Part shown: one piece after another, positions 18,209 through 27,404 of the stretch
How positions within the stretch are numbered: the stretch's first letter is position 1
Layout: each line of letters opens with the position of its first letter
Made by a program: the position numbers and the translations under genes
The notes under the pieces: generated by a model
What the model saw: the letters and a program-made list of their open reading frames with translations, nothing else
Told to the model about the DNA's origin: nothing
Database searches by the model: none
IMG/VR virus record: IMGVR_UViG_3300028260_000001
Location: 56,333-120,332 of that record
DNA from: a virus
Taxonomy: Duplodnaviria; Heunggongvirae; Uroviricota; Caudoviricetes
Reading direction: 5' to 3' (one strand)
DNA: 64,000 nucleotides

Positions 18209-20352
18209 TAGAAGTCCGAAATCAAACGGGAGTTGTCTGCATCGATCAGGAAGATACCAAGCGATTCCATGATCAAATAGAACACACCCATGGTGTTAGA
18301 GATAATCGTGCGTACATCCGCTACACGAGTAATTGCTTCAGGGACACCCATGTTCTCTACTACAGCAGCCGGTACGTTGACCGATGTCAACGAGGTCTTC
18401 TTGTTAGCCAGAGCCCATTCTTTCAGACGCATACCCAGACGCTTGTCTTCCAACCCATCAAACCACTCGTTCATCTTCGTACGGTTGCTGGCCGTTAGGG
18501 AGATTTTGTAGAACGAATATGGAGGTGGTGGGATATCGCCAAACGCTGGAGAGAAGATGTCTTTCCAGAACAGGTATTTCTTGTAGGTGTCGTTGTCTTC
18601 TTCAGACTTGTATGCATCAGACTTCTTACACTGACCCGTCGTCAGGTATTCGGCCTTACCAGTCCGTACCGATACGTAGATGCTGCGTTCCATATCGGCG
18701 ATGTCTTTCAAGATCTCTGGCAGATCCAGGGGTTGTTCCGCTTTCACCGATTCGATGATGTGCAACATCAGTTTCTTAGCCTTCTTGTTAACAAAAGGCT
18801 GAACCTTAGAATCTCGGAGACCTACACCCTTAACTTCCATACGTGCCATTTCGAACATGATACCTTCTACCGCATCTTGCGATGCAAAGTAGTGCTTCGA
18901 TCGAGTCGTCAAAGACAACACGGCGAAGTAGTATTCGTTCTTCATTGCCAGCAGACGAAGCTTGTCTTCTGCTACACCCATGTTGGCCGATTGAATCGCC
19001 AGGATGTGCATTACAACTTCGGATACCAGGAACACCAAACCAAACACTAGACGCTTAGCTTCTGGAGTAAAGCAAATACGCCCATGGAACTCTTCTACCC
19101 AGAACTGCATTGTAAACATCGTAGAGTCAGTGTCGGAGATAACAGCAGCCCGACGATACGAGTCTTTGAATGCATGAATCGAGTGAGGAATACACTTGGT
19201 GAGGTACAACGCATCGATCAGTTCACGGTGATAGTCCAAGCCATCTACTACACCTTTACACGTCGAGTGCAACAGATCAAATACTTCTGGGTTCTCATTC
19301 GCAATACGTTCATCAGAACGACCACGAACTTGTTCGAAGCAGAGGAACTTAACCAGCAGTTTCAAGTCACCATCACGAATACTATCGTATTCCTCTTTGG
19401 TCATGGTGTTTTGGTTATCACCAACCTGAGAAATAGATTCCAAGAAACGACGTGCAGGAACTGGGTTGTGTTTGTTCAGGTGATACAGGTCACCGACATA
19501 CATAACTGCAGCTCGTTGCAACGGAGTCATACCCATAGCCATCTGACGGATGTGCTCGGTATAAACTCGGTTCTGCCAGTAGTTCTTGGACGAATACAGA
19601 ACCATCTCAACGACGTCTTCTGGACTCGGATACACTAACCCGTATTTATCGACAGCTAGCTGGAGTTTATCCATGTCTGTCAAGTTGATTATAGAGACTA
19701 AGTTTGCCTTAGTAACTTCTGGGTTGTAATAATGACGGTTACCCATCAAGAACTTCTCGTTGTTTGCGTTTGCATAGGACGTTGCGGTCCGGCAAGTCGA
19801 AGTCAATGAGGAGTGAGTAGATTTGTAATACAGAATGGTGGCGGCACTAACCGTAGCTCCTGAGTAGGAGTTATTGTTAATTTTGAAGTTCTCTTGCTCA
19901 CCCTTTCGGACTTGTGCAAGTTCAAAGTCACCAGCCATCTCAGCATCCATCTGCTGACCTTTAACCTTCTTACGGTTTGCCACACCTTCTTTAATATAGA
20001 TGGCGTGAGTCGATTGACGAACCGATTCTGGTAGGTATGCTGTCAACGATGGCGACAACAGCAAGTTTTGTTTCTCAACACGTTTTAGGAAACCCATAAA
20101 CGTGGTTACTTTCTTCGAACGATCACCCTGCATGTTCTTGTCGAGAACATACGTCTTGGGATCGACTAGCGGGAACTGTCCGTTAGTACGGAATTGTTCA
20201 CGCACCCACACCGCACATTGTTCGTACGGTGCTTGTGTCATCAGTTGCAAGTACCTTGCGTTGTCAGCAATTGCACCTTCAATGATGTCAAGGTCACGCG
20301 CGTACGCGGACACAGGCAACATAAAAGGGTTAGGAAATTCTGGCAGTGCCAT
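18205..20352 (-). CDS. polB: Family B DNA polymerase, catalytic subunit (phiKZ gp50-like)
   Basis: Motif B-like FKINNNSYSG, motif C-like ISDTDST and KGVGLRDS; no exonuclease domain, consistent with the split polymerase of phiKZ-like phages. Confidence 0.88.
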   Translation of the reverse strand: MALPEFPNPFMLPVSAYARDLDIIEGAIADNARYLQLMTQAPYEQCAVWVREQFRTNGQFPLVDPKTYVLDKNMQGDRSKKVTTFMGFLKRVEKQNLLLSPSLTAYLPESVRQSTHAIYIKEGVANRKKVKGQQMDAEMAGDFELAQVRKGEQENFKINNNSYSGATVSAATILYYKSTHSSLTSTCRTATSYANANNEKFLMGNRHYYNPEVTKANLVSIINLTDMDKLQLAVDKYGLVYPSPEDVVEMVLYSSKNYWQNRVYTEHIRQMAMGMTPLQRAAVMYVGDLYHLNKHNPVPARRFLESISQVGDNQNTMTKEEYDSIRDGDLKLLVKFLCFEQVRGRSDERIANENPEVFDLLHSTCKGVVDGLDYHRELIDALYLTKCIPHSIHAFKDSYRRAAVISDTDSTMFTMQFWVEEFHGRICFTPEAKRLVFGLVFLVSEVVMHILAIQSANMGVAEDKLRLLAMKNEYYFAVLSLTTRSKHYFASQDAVEGIMFEMARMEVKGVGLRDSKVQPFVNKKAKKLMLHIIESVKAEQPLDLPEILKDIADMERSIYVSVRTGKAEYLTTGQCKKSDAYKSEEDNDTYKKYLFWKDIFSPAFGDIPPPPYSFYKISLTASNRTKMNEWFDGLEDKRLGMRLKEWALANKKTSLTSVNVPAAVVENMGVPEAITRVADVRTIISNTMGVFYLIMESLGIFLIDADNSRLISDFY

Positions 20353-20396
20353 TCGTACACCTCTGTAGGTGTTGTCTGATTCTCAGGAAAAAATAG

Positions 20397-20416
20397 TGCT
20401 ACCGAAGTAGCACTTT
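20397..20416 (-). terminator. Hairpin terminator
   Basis: AGTGCTAC-TTCG-GTAGCACT followed by ATTTTTT. Confidence 0.65.
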
Positions 20417-20469
20417 CAAGAGTATCAATCAACAAACATTCACAGAGTATTACGCTTGTACGTATTCCT

Positions 20470-20817
20470 TTATCGGTCCCACAACCCTTGGATTTTTTCC
20501 TTGTATGCTTCGGTCAAACCCAATGCAATAAAACGCTTGACATCTATGGCTGCTGCATGATCTGGTTTATCCAACCACCACTGACAAACCTGCATCAGGT
20601 TTTCGCGGTAGTGAGGTTCGAACTGTTTTGTTACGTATTCGGTACCAGCTACGCGAATGGAAATCCAACGATCCATTTTCTGATTTAGATGCCAGATGAT
20701 TTCAAGTTCGTTCATCCGGGATGGCAACCGACCAGTGTAATGCTGGATGAACTCACCGACTTCAGCAGCGGTGAAATTGATAGCTTTCAGTGGTACCACT
20801 ACGGTGATTGGTTCCAT
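20470..20817 (-). CDS. Hypothetical protein
   Basis: 115 aa. Confidence 0.55.
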   Translation of the reverse strand: MEPITVVVPLKAINFTAAEVGEFIQHYTGRLPSRMNELEIIWHLNQKMDRWISIRVAGTEYVTKQFEPHYRENLMQVCQWWLDKPDHAAAIDVKRFIALGLTEAYKEKIQGLWDR

Positions 20818-20957
20818 TATTTCTTTTTGCCTCTTTTCGGTTGGTGCTTCTTCAGCGCATTCAGAATGGTACGTGCTCGGTCACGATGTTGTTCAACAGC
20901 GAGTTCCGCTTTTGTCTTACGACGTGTACCGAAGAATCCTGGTGGGGGTAAACACAT
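20817..20957 (-). CDS. Small basic protein (46 aa), not in the ORF track
   Basis: MCLPPPGFFGTRRKTKAELAVEQHRDRARTILNALKKHQPKRGKKK; TAATG stop/start overlaps at both ends. Confidence 0.65.
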   Translation of the reverse strand: MCLPPPGFFGTRRKTKAELAVEQHRDRARTILNALKKHQPKRGKKK

Positions 20958-21331
20958 TAGAACCTCGACAGTTCAGCTATCTTTTTCTGGTAGTAAGCAA
21001 CGAGTGGGTATTTCAATGCACGATGGAAATCATAACGAGCAAGCTTATCGATTACTTGTTCATCTTTGATACCATCCCCACCGAATGCTTTTCGGAAATC
21101 TTTCATAGTAGAAAGGAGTGTTGTATGTTCTACCTGGAACGCCAGCTCATGATCACCCAGTTGTAAGAAGACATGGCGGTTACCGGTATGGTCCGTTGAC
21201 CAGATGAACGAATAGTCGTACCACCCGGCTGGCCTGTAATCCAAGTCCAACACATGCTTTACGATGGTCTCTACTTCTTCAGCACTGAAGTCGATGTTGT
21301 TAAGGTCAAACTTACGGTGGGTTTGTTCCAT
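20957..21331 (-). CDS. Hypothetical protein
   Basis: Start MEQTHRK at 21331 with GGAGG RBS. Confidence 0.6.
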   Translation of the reverse strand: MEQTHRKFDLNNIDFSAEEVETIVKHVLDLDYRPAGWYDYSFIWSTDHTGNRHVFLQLGDHELAFQVEHTTLLSTMKDFRKAFGGDGIKDEQVIDKLARYDFHRALKYPLVAYYQKKIAELSRF

Positions 21332-21349
21332 AAATCCTCCAATAGAAAA

Positions 21350-21376
21350 CGGCATAAAGCCTCCCCGAAGGGAGGC
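21350..21376 (-). terminator. Terminator with TTTATGCCG tail
   Basis: GCCTCCC-TTCG-GGGAGGC-TTTATGCCG. Confidence 0.75.
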
Positions 21377-21379
21377 GTT

Positions 21380-21796
21380 TTATTCCCAAACTTGCGAACT
21401 CGGTGTCTCGTTAATAGCAGACATCGCTTCAAGAATACGACGACGACGACGGTCATCCCGATCCTGGAATACCAGGGTCAATGTTTTACCATCGGACGAT
21501 ACGATTGTACCAGGACGAATACATGGGACACCCACGAATGTAAACTGGCCTCCGTCAAATGTGACGTAAGCGTAGTTGTATTGACGTGGGTCATTTGGTA
21601 CGGATACGCCAGCGGCAGTCAGTACCGGATAAACGTTTTGGTGTGTTGCATCCAGATCGAACCCCAGTTGTTGTGCTACCTTTGGAGTCACGATCCCTTC
21701 AAGTGTTACGTCTTTGAATTCATTAGCGTAGTACGCTGTCGGGTAAACTTCAAAGCTCACCCGAGTACCTTCGGTAATGTCAGTGATTTGTGTCAT
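21380..21796 (-). CDS. Conserved hypothetical protein
   Basis: 138 aa, beta-rich. Confidence 0.6.
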   Translation of the reverse strand: MTQITDITEGTRVSFEVYPTAYYANEFKDVTLEGIVTPKVAQQLGFDLDATHQNVYPVLTAAGVSVPNDPRQYNYAYVTFDGGQFTFVGVPCIRPGTIVSSDGKTLTLVFQDRDDRRRRRILEAMSAINETPSSQVWE

Positions 21797-21806
21797 TGCT
21801 GCGAAC

Positions 21807-22187
21807 CTATGATTGTTTTCTCATAGGTTTGTTCTGCACTACGAATCCAATGGTACCAGCCAGGTTCATCGGGATGATTGCAATGACGTCGTAGTTAGGG
21901 AACTTCGCAATGAACTCCTGATAGATCGCAAACGTATCGAGCATATCTTGGGAGAGTTCTTCATCAGGGGACTCTAGAATAGTCTCCATAAACAATTCAT
22001 CACAGAATAGGTCCATTACTAGTTTCTGGAACTTATTCACCAGTGCCCTGCGCAATGGCACGTTTCCTTCAACCCAAGTATCACGCTCAGGATCATGCAT
22101 CGACTCTTCCATAAATCGTTCAGCGAATTTCATACCCGCGTTAGATTCTAGGACAGTGTAGGTCAGTTGTGGTTCGGGGTGTTTCAT
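21807..22187 (-). CDS. Hypothetical protein
   Basis: 126 aa, coupled to the upstream ORF. Confidence 0.6.
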   Translation of the reverse strand: MKHPEPQLTYTVLESNAGMKFAERFMEESMHDPERDTWVEGNVPLRRALVNKFQKLVMDLFCDELFMETILESPDEELSQDMLDTFAIYQEFIAKFPNYDVIAIIPMNLAGTIGFVVQNKPMRKQS

Positions 22188-22540
22188 GGTGAATCCTTGA
22201 AGACGACAGCCACCTCCTTTCTGTGATCAGGAGTATGGACCAGTTCTATTGGTTTGAATTTGAAGAAGTAGTTGTGTACATTGGTGTAATAACAAAAGCA
22301 TTGCTCACGGATGTATCTGAGGGTTTCATCTGCTATGGCGTAGATGTTGTCCTTCAAATAATGTTCCATCGCCCAATCAATTTCATTAAAGATCGGGAGG
22401 GAATTGTTTTCATCACGCAATGCATTCTCAACAGCCACCGCAATAATCCAGTGGCTGATACCAATCGACTGCAAAGGATAACCAGGAATGAAGATATGTC
22501 CAAACATACCAACGTCGTATGTGTGGAGACTATACATCAC
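22184..22540 (-). CDS. Hypothetical protein
   Basis: 118 aa, 4-nt overlaps at both ends. Confidence 0.6.
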   Translation of the reverse strand: MMYSLHTYDVGMFGHIFIPGYPLQSIGISHWIIAVAVENALRDENNSLPIFNEIDWAMEHYLKDNIYAIADETLRYIREQCFCYYTNVHNYFFKFKPIELVHTPDHRKEVAVVFKDSP

Positions 22541-23052
22541 AAGCCCTCTTCAGATTCCGAGTCCACTTCATCGTAGGTGATACCGGATAACACATACATC
22601 CCCGTCTTGTTGTCGTCCACTCGGAACATCTGGATTTGGTCAACATCTTGGTTATGTGCATTCAGGTCACGAATCCCTGGGAGTAATTGTCTACCGAGTT
22701 CGGCGCATGCGATTGCCCACTGGGCATTCAAGAACATCATCAAGCGCTTATCAGGATTCGGGTTAAGCTCAGTAACAGCTGGATTGATGATTCTGGCCAG
22801 TGCTTTGAATCGATCGTCCAGATAGAACTCGAATGAACAGTTCTCACCCATAGGTATCTTGGGCAATGTGAACTTCATGTATTCATTCAAGCATTCGTAG
22901 ATGATGGTACGAATAGCTTCTTCGTCCATCGGGTATACCGTGTTATTCGATACACCTTCCAGGACGTTGACCATCTTGTTGATGGGTACACGAACAGTGG
23001 CGAATGAAACCATTACGGCTACGTTCTCGCCTTGTGGCTGATATTGATTCAT
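22537..23052 (-). CDS. Hypothetical protein
   Basis: 171 aa with AAGGT RBS. Confidence 0.6.
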   Translation of the reverse strand: MNQYQPQGENVAVMVSFATVRVPINKMVNVLEGVSNNTVYPMDEEAIRTIIYECLNEYMKFTLPKIPMGENCSFEFYLDDRFKALARIINPAVTELNPNPDKRLMMFLNAQWAIACAELGRQLLPGIRDLNAHNQDVDQIQMFRVDDNKTGMYVLSGITYDEVDSESEEGL

Positions 23053-23061
23053 CTTGCACCT

Positions 23062-23541
23062 TTATACGGTTTTCATATCCTGTTTACGGCCACGTACTTT
23101 CTTCTTAGGTCTCAGGAACTGTTCTACCGTTAGTTGCGTTACAGCCAACGGCATTTCCAGAGATTCTTGTGTGTTGTCATAAGTGATCAACAAGTACATG
23201 TGTTGGGAATCATTCATTGATACCGGGAAAATGTCTGTGACGGTGTTAGGAAGCTTTCCCCATAGCTTTAATGCAATGGTTAGGAACTCTTGTTCATACG
23301 CCAGTGCGTGCTTGTTGTGCTTCGTTAGGCGTGGCACGTAATGAAACGTCAGGATCTCGCCTGTACTACGGTAATGCGTGTTTGCTTCTAGGATCCATTC
23401 GATAACGTCATCGAGAAATCCACCGGGTCCAATTCCGTTATGTGCTGGACGTGCAAAGACCCTGGCGTGTAGCTTTCGGGTTTTCTCGTATCCGGGGAAC
23501 CAGGTCTGTTTATCGAATCTGAAGACGGTAGTGTGATGCAC
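23062..23541 (-). CDS. Hypothetical protein
   Basis: 159 aa; overlaps the upstream ORF by about 150 nt. Confidence 0.55.
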   Translation of the reverse strand: MHHTTVFRFDKQTWFPGYEKTRKLHARVFARPAHNGIGPGGFLDDVIEWILEANTHYRSTGEILTFHYVPRLTKHNKHALAYEQEFLTIALKLWGKLPNTVTDIFPVSMNDSQHMYLLITYDNTQESLEMPLAVTQLTVEQFLRPKKKVRGRKQDMKTV

Positions 23542-23942
23542 GGTTGTGGCTCCATAGTTTCACGATAGATTATGTTAACCCACTCGGTGTCTTCTACTGC
23601 TTCTAGCAGCAGTAGATCTTTACCGAGGATATGTGGGGAACACTTCATGCAGATACTACGGACAAGTTGTGTCACCTTACCATAGAACACAGTTTCGTCT
23701 GCATCGATGTTCATATACCCGAGTTGTAGCGCAATCATCTCGTTGAACTGATCGGGTTCATCCCAGTTCTTTTGTATGATCGCATTGGCGATTAGATCTG
23801 TAATAGCATCACGGTCTTCACCAAGTTCCACGAATACGTCCAAGTAGAACGGATGATTCATTCCATAGAAATCCTCCAGTGTAAACATTGCTACTGCATT
23901 TTGGGAAGGTACCACATATTTCGGCACCTGGGGCTTAGCCAT
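23388..23942 (-). CDS. Hypothetical protein
   Basis: Start MAKPQ at 23942 with GAGGT RBS. Confidence 0.55.
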   Translation of the reverse strand: MAKPQVPKYVVPSQNAVAMFTLEDFYGMNHPFYLDVFVELGEDRDAITDLIANAIIQKNWDEPDQFNEMIALQLGYMNIDADETVFYGKVTQLVRSICMKCSPHILGKDLLLLEAVEDTEWVNIIYRETMEPQPCITLPSSDSINRPGSPDTRKPESYTPGSLHVQHITELDPVDFSMTLSNGS

Positions 23943-23952
23943 ATCCACCTCA

Positions 23953-23976
23953 CGGCATAAAGCCCCACTAGGGGGC
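23953..23976 (-). terminator. Terminator with TTTATGCCG tail
   Basis: GC-rich hairpin followed by TTTATGCCG. Confidence 0.65.
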
Positions 23977-23977
23977 C

Positions 23978-24904
23978 TTACATGTTTTCTAACAGGTACT
24001 TCTCAGCACGGATTCGTTCTTCTTCTGGCAAGTAATCACCACGCATCAGTTGCTTGGCAAGTTCTGCATCGGTGTCAACTTCCACTTTCTCTTCTTTGTC
24101 AGCTACGATACACATCGATTGCGATGACTCAAAGAAATTGCAGTCGTGCTTAGCACCTTCGACAATGTACTGGCCGAAAGAAGCGATGTTGAATGTGGCG
24201 AACACTTGACGCAGGTAATCATCCAACCACTTGGTCAGGTCAGGAATACCATACGCAGCCGCCATGTCGTAATCGATTAGCTCTTGATACTTATCGATCC
24301 GATGGAGTTGCGGGAACATGTCCATCACGGCTTTAACAATCATGGCCCACATCTGTGATGCGGGATATGGTCCAAAGTTCTTGGTGAACTCTTTACTGAA
24401 TTCTTCATAGACTCGGGACAAGTCCAGTGTGACGTAACGATCTTCCTGTGCGTCTTCCAACATTTCCCAATGGAGGATACGACGATCACCGACTTCAGCC
24501 AAACCGATAACGCTACCGGTATTGATTACTTCCCAGCTATTGTAGGAAGTGTATTTCTCATGAGCATTGATCTGTTGTTTCAAGTCATCATAGATCGTGC
24601 TGATCTGTTGATGGTTGAACAGTCGTTCAATGAACTTGACTTGGCGGTGCAGGATCTGACCTGGGGTTACACCGAACAGAATAGATGCACGCACTACATC
24701 CCAATCCGTAGGGTTAACCCGTGTGGTTTTGTCTTTGAATTCCATTATCTCGGCGACAATGGTTTGCACCATGTTTAATGCCATTGCTTTGGTTGGTTGG
24801 ACCATGCCCACCAAAGGTTGTTGCTGATGAAAGTGAGCGAGGTAATCTTGAATTACTTTGACTTGATGTCGAGTATCCAACATTACAAACTTCTTGTCCG
24901 ACAT
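23978..24904 (-). CDS. Conserved hypothetical protein
   Basis: 308 aa with GGAG RBS. Confidence 0.65.
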   Translation of the reverse strand: MSDKKFVMLDTRHQVKVIQDYLAHFHQQQPLVGMVQPTKAMALNMVQTIVAEIMEFKDKTTRVNPTDWDVVRASILFGVTPGQILHRQVKFIERLFNHQQISTIYDDLKQQINAHEKYTSYNSWEVINTGSVIGLAEVGDRRILHWEMLEDAQEDRYVTLDLSRVYEEFSKEFTKNFGPYPASQMWAMIVKAVMDMFPQLHRIDKYQELIDYDMAAAYGIPDLTKWLDDYLRQVFATFNIASFGQYIVEGAKHDCNFFESSQSMCIVADKEEKVEVDTDAELAKQLMRGDYLPEEERIRAEKYLLENM

Positions 24905-24915
24905 GGTGTCTCCGA

Positions 24916-25302
24916 TTAATTGGTTTGTGCGTATAGATAGATCACTCCGCCATAACGTGCGTAATTGACCATCGACCCTGCATAATTGTTGCCGAATGCT
25001 CTAAGCAATAGCCACAGTTCACGCCGGGCTTTGTCGTTCATATTGAACCAAGTTATTTCTTGGGGCGTTACTCGCTGTGGGTTAAAGTCCCCCACGATTA
25101 CTTCTTGGAACGAATTGATTGAATAACAAATGAAGTCATCAACCAACGAATCCCAATAAGGATTTGGTTCGGTGATACGTTCGATATGGTGGTGATAACG
25201 AATCGCACGAGTGATCACTAATTGTGAACTGGGGTGTTCTTTGAGCAATCCCATGATGTGCGAAATGTCCCAACACAGAACATCGCCTTCCTTACCGTAC
25301 AT
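24916..25302 (-). CDS. Hypothetical protein, first gene after an early promoter
   Basis: 128 aa. Confidence 0.6.
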   Translation of the reverse strand: MYGKEGDVLCWDISHIMGLLKEHPSSQLVITRAIRYHHHIERITEPNPYWDSLVDDFICYSINSFQEVIVGDFNPQRVTPQEITWFNMNDKARRELWLLLRAFGNNYAGSMVNYARYGGVIYLYAQTN

Positions 25303-25331
25303 TAGTGTACCCCTTCTATATTACGCCCAAT

Positions 25332-25352
25332 GATAATATAGATTTGAGATTT
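25332..25352 (-). promoter_or_regulatory. Early promoter motif
   Basis: Minus strand AAATCTCAAATCTATATTATC. Confidence 0.75.
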
Positions 25353-25460
25353 CATGTAATCGCCAGCTTTATCGTTTGTAAGCCCTTCTGTATATTATAC
25401 CGACCTCAGGTATTACTTTACAGAGAAACCCTCTAAAAACCGCTTTGTAGGACGTCTGAG

Positions 25461-26273
25461 ATGAACGCCATTACTAAAGCCCTCTCCGATCTCAAGTTTA
25501 AGATCCCAGCTCAGATCTTGAACGATGCTTTTAAGAACAAGGACATGTATAGTGCTGAATCCACTTGTGGTGCAGCTATCTCCTTGGAAACCCGTATTCG
25601 GGAAGCAGTGATCGAAGGGCGCATCATGCCCGACATCGATTTGATCGGTGGCACTAAAACTTACATCCCACTGGATTTCCCAGTGAAGCAGGAATACGTT
25701 GATCCTTACACGATCATCTATTACATTCCTGATGAGTACACCCAGCAGCGTCCTATTGTTCAGGTCTTTGATATCCACTTCGGTATCTTAGGTTATCAGA
25801 ACTCTGGTTACGCCATGAACTATAACCAATCGGTTATGGGTGCTGAAACCATGAAGGTGCTAGATGCTGCTCGCCGTATCCCGGTAGCCCAGACATCTTA
25901 CATCAACTTGATCAACCACAACACCATCATGGTTCGTTATATCTACGTCCCATCCCCTGCGGCTTATCTGTCGTGCCGTCTGGGTAATGATGATGAGCTG
26001 TTGAACATCCGTCCACAAGCTATCCCTGCTTTCTCTAAGTTGGTAGAGTACGCTGTGAAGTCCTATATCTACAACACCACGTATGTAGAGATGGGTGATG
26101 CTCAACTCCGGTACGGTCAAGAACTCGGGGTCTATAAAGACAAGATCTATGAATGGTCTGAGGCTGAGGAACTGTACGAAGAGCAACTCAAGAAATGGCG
26201 GAAGATCTCTCGGAACTTCAACGACCCTGAAGGTAACCGTCACCACATCCGTACGATCATGGCTGCACCATAA
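25461..26273 (+). CDS. Conserved protein, possibly virion structural
   Basis: 270-aa plus-strand ORF followed by a terminator; product not recognised. Confidence 0.55.
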   Translation: MNAITKALSDLKFKIPAQILNDAFKNKDMYSAESTCGAAISLETRIREAVIEGRIMPDIDLIGGTKTYIPLDFPVKQEYVDPYTIIYYIPDEYTQQRPIVQVFDIHFGILGYQNSGYAMNYNQSVMGAETMKVLDAARRIPVAQTSYINLINHNTIMVRYIYVPSPAAYLSCRLGNDDELLNIRPQAIPAFSKLVEYAVKSYIYNTTYVEMGDAQLRYGQELGVYKDKIYEWSEAEELYEEQLKKWRKISRNFNDPEGNRHHIRTIMAAP

Positions 26274-26276
26274 TGA

Positions 26277-26303
26277 AAAGCTCCCCTTTCGGGGAGCCTT
26301 TTT
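26277..26303. terminator. Bidirectional terminator
   Basis: AAAAGCTCCCC-TTTC-GGGGAGCCTTTTT between convergent genes. Confidence 0.7.
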
Positions 26304-26307
26304 GTCG

Positions 26308-26517
26308 CTAGGGGAGAGATCGGAGGACATCTAAGATTAGGACTGGGTCATGTGCTATCACTGTTTGCTGTGTCCTTAAGTCGATCTTTGCCACCCAATC
26401 TCGTTCTACGTAAACCATGAGTCTGTCTTTCTGTACCACTACTTTGTAATCTCCTATTTGGTGTGTCCCTATTTTGTCGCTGAGTCGGTTTGCTTCGTGG
26501 AGTACCTTTTGCTTCAT
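26308..26517 (-). CDS. Hypothetical protein
   Basis: 69 aa with AGAGGG RBS. Confidence 0.5.
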   Translation of the reverse strand: MKQKVLHEANRLSDKIGTHQIGDYKVVVQKDRLMVYVERDWVAKIDLRTQQTVIAHDPVLILDVLRSLP

Positions 26518-26601
26518 TGTGTTTCCCTCTTTCCTGTTTACTTGTGATTAGTATAACAGGTTCGGGGAATGAGTCAACACTTTTCACAAAAAAAAATACA
26601 G

Positions 26602-26631
26602 CATAAAGCCTCCCTTCGGGGAGGCTTTATG
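26602..26631 (-). terminator. Terminator
   Basis: Perfect 13-bp stem CATAAAGCCTCCC/GGGAGGCTTTATG with a T-tract on the minus strand. Confidence 0.75.
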
Positions 26632-26632
26632 T

Positions 26633-26926
26633 TTATTCATCCAAGAACTTTTGCTTGCACTTGTCTATCTGTGTTGTAGATGCTACGCCGACCTGACCAG
26701 ATGCTTCTCTGAGACATGATCGGAATTGTTCTTCTTTTACGTCACGGATGATTTTATTGGCACGGGATTCTTTGACATCAGCTCGTCCGTATTGGATGAA
26801 CTTATCAAATGCTGTCCAAGCCATTGAACCGATCACGCCAATGATCACGATAGTTGCTGCATAACGAACAAGTCCGCCGGAACGATTTTTATTTGCTTTG
26901 AACGGACTGTTGATTCGAATTGCCAC
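26633..26926 (-). CDS. Small single-pass membrane protein
   Basis: 97 aa; hydrophobic YAATIVIIGVIGSMAWTAF segment and a C-terminal Cys pair. Confidence 0.6.
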   Translation of the reverse strand: MAIRINSPFKANKNRSGGLVRYAATIVIIGVIGSMAWTAFDKFIQYGRADVKESRANKIIRDVKEEQFRSCLREASGQVGVASTTQIDKCKQKFLDE

Positions 26927-27401
26927 GATTGCTCCAGATTAATTCATTGCCCCAACTCGGTCGTACCACACGACATTGTAGCAGGGGTTTCTTTCGGAGG
27001 AACTTACATTCTTCCGTTAGGATGGTTGTTGTTCGATAGGTAGGGTCACTATCAGTTAAGAAATAGAATTGGTCTTTTAAATCATCAACCTTGGCAGTTT
27101 GCACGGGGAATAAATACCCGTTCCCAATAACGTACCAACGATTGTACTGCCGCTTTCTGAGTCTTTCCTCGATAACTGGATGTGAACGAAACCGAGGTAT
27201 ACGCACTCGCATGCCATTGACTGAACGCCACACGTCTACGATGTCGTAATGGATCAATCCGCTTTGTTCGAAAGCGAATACAAAACCATCCACTTTGTCA
27301 GGGAAACGTGTAGCGTGTTTCAGTATCATGGTGATAGGCGAATGATCAAGCCTCAGATCGGCAGCAACTAAAGTATCTTGTCGCTGCATCTCTTTTGACA
27401 C
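26889..27401 (-). CDS. Hypothetical protein
   Basis: 170 aa. Confidence 0.55.
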   Translation of the reverse strand: MSKEMQRQDTLVAADLRLDHSPITMILKHATRFPDKVDGFVFAFEQSGLIHYDIVDVWRSVNGMRVRIPRFRSHPVIEERLRKRQYNRWYVIGNGYLFPVQTAKVDDLKDQFYFLTDSDPTYRTTTILTEECKFLRKKPLLQCRVVRPSWGNELIWSNRGNSNQQSVQSK

Positions 27402-27404
27402 AAA

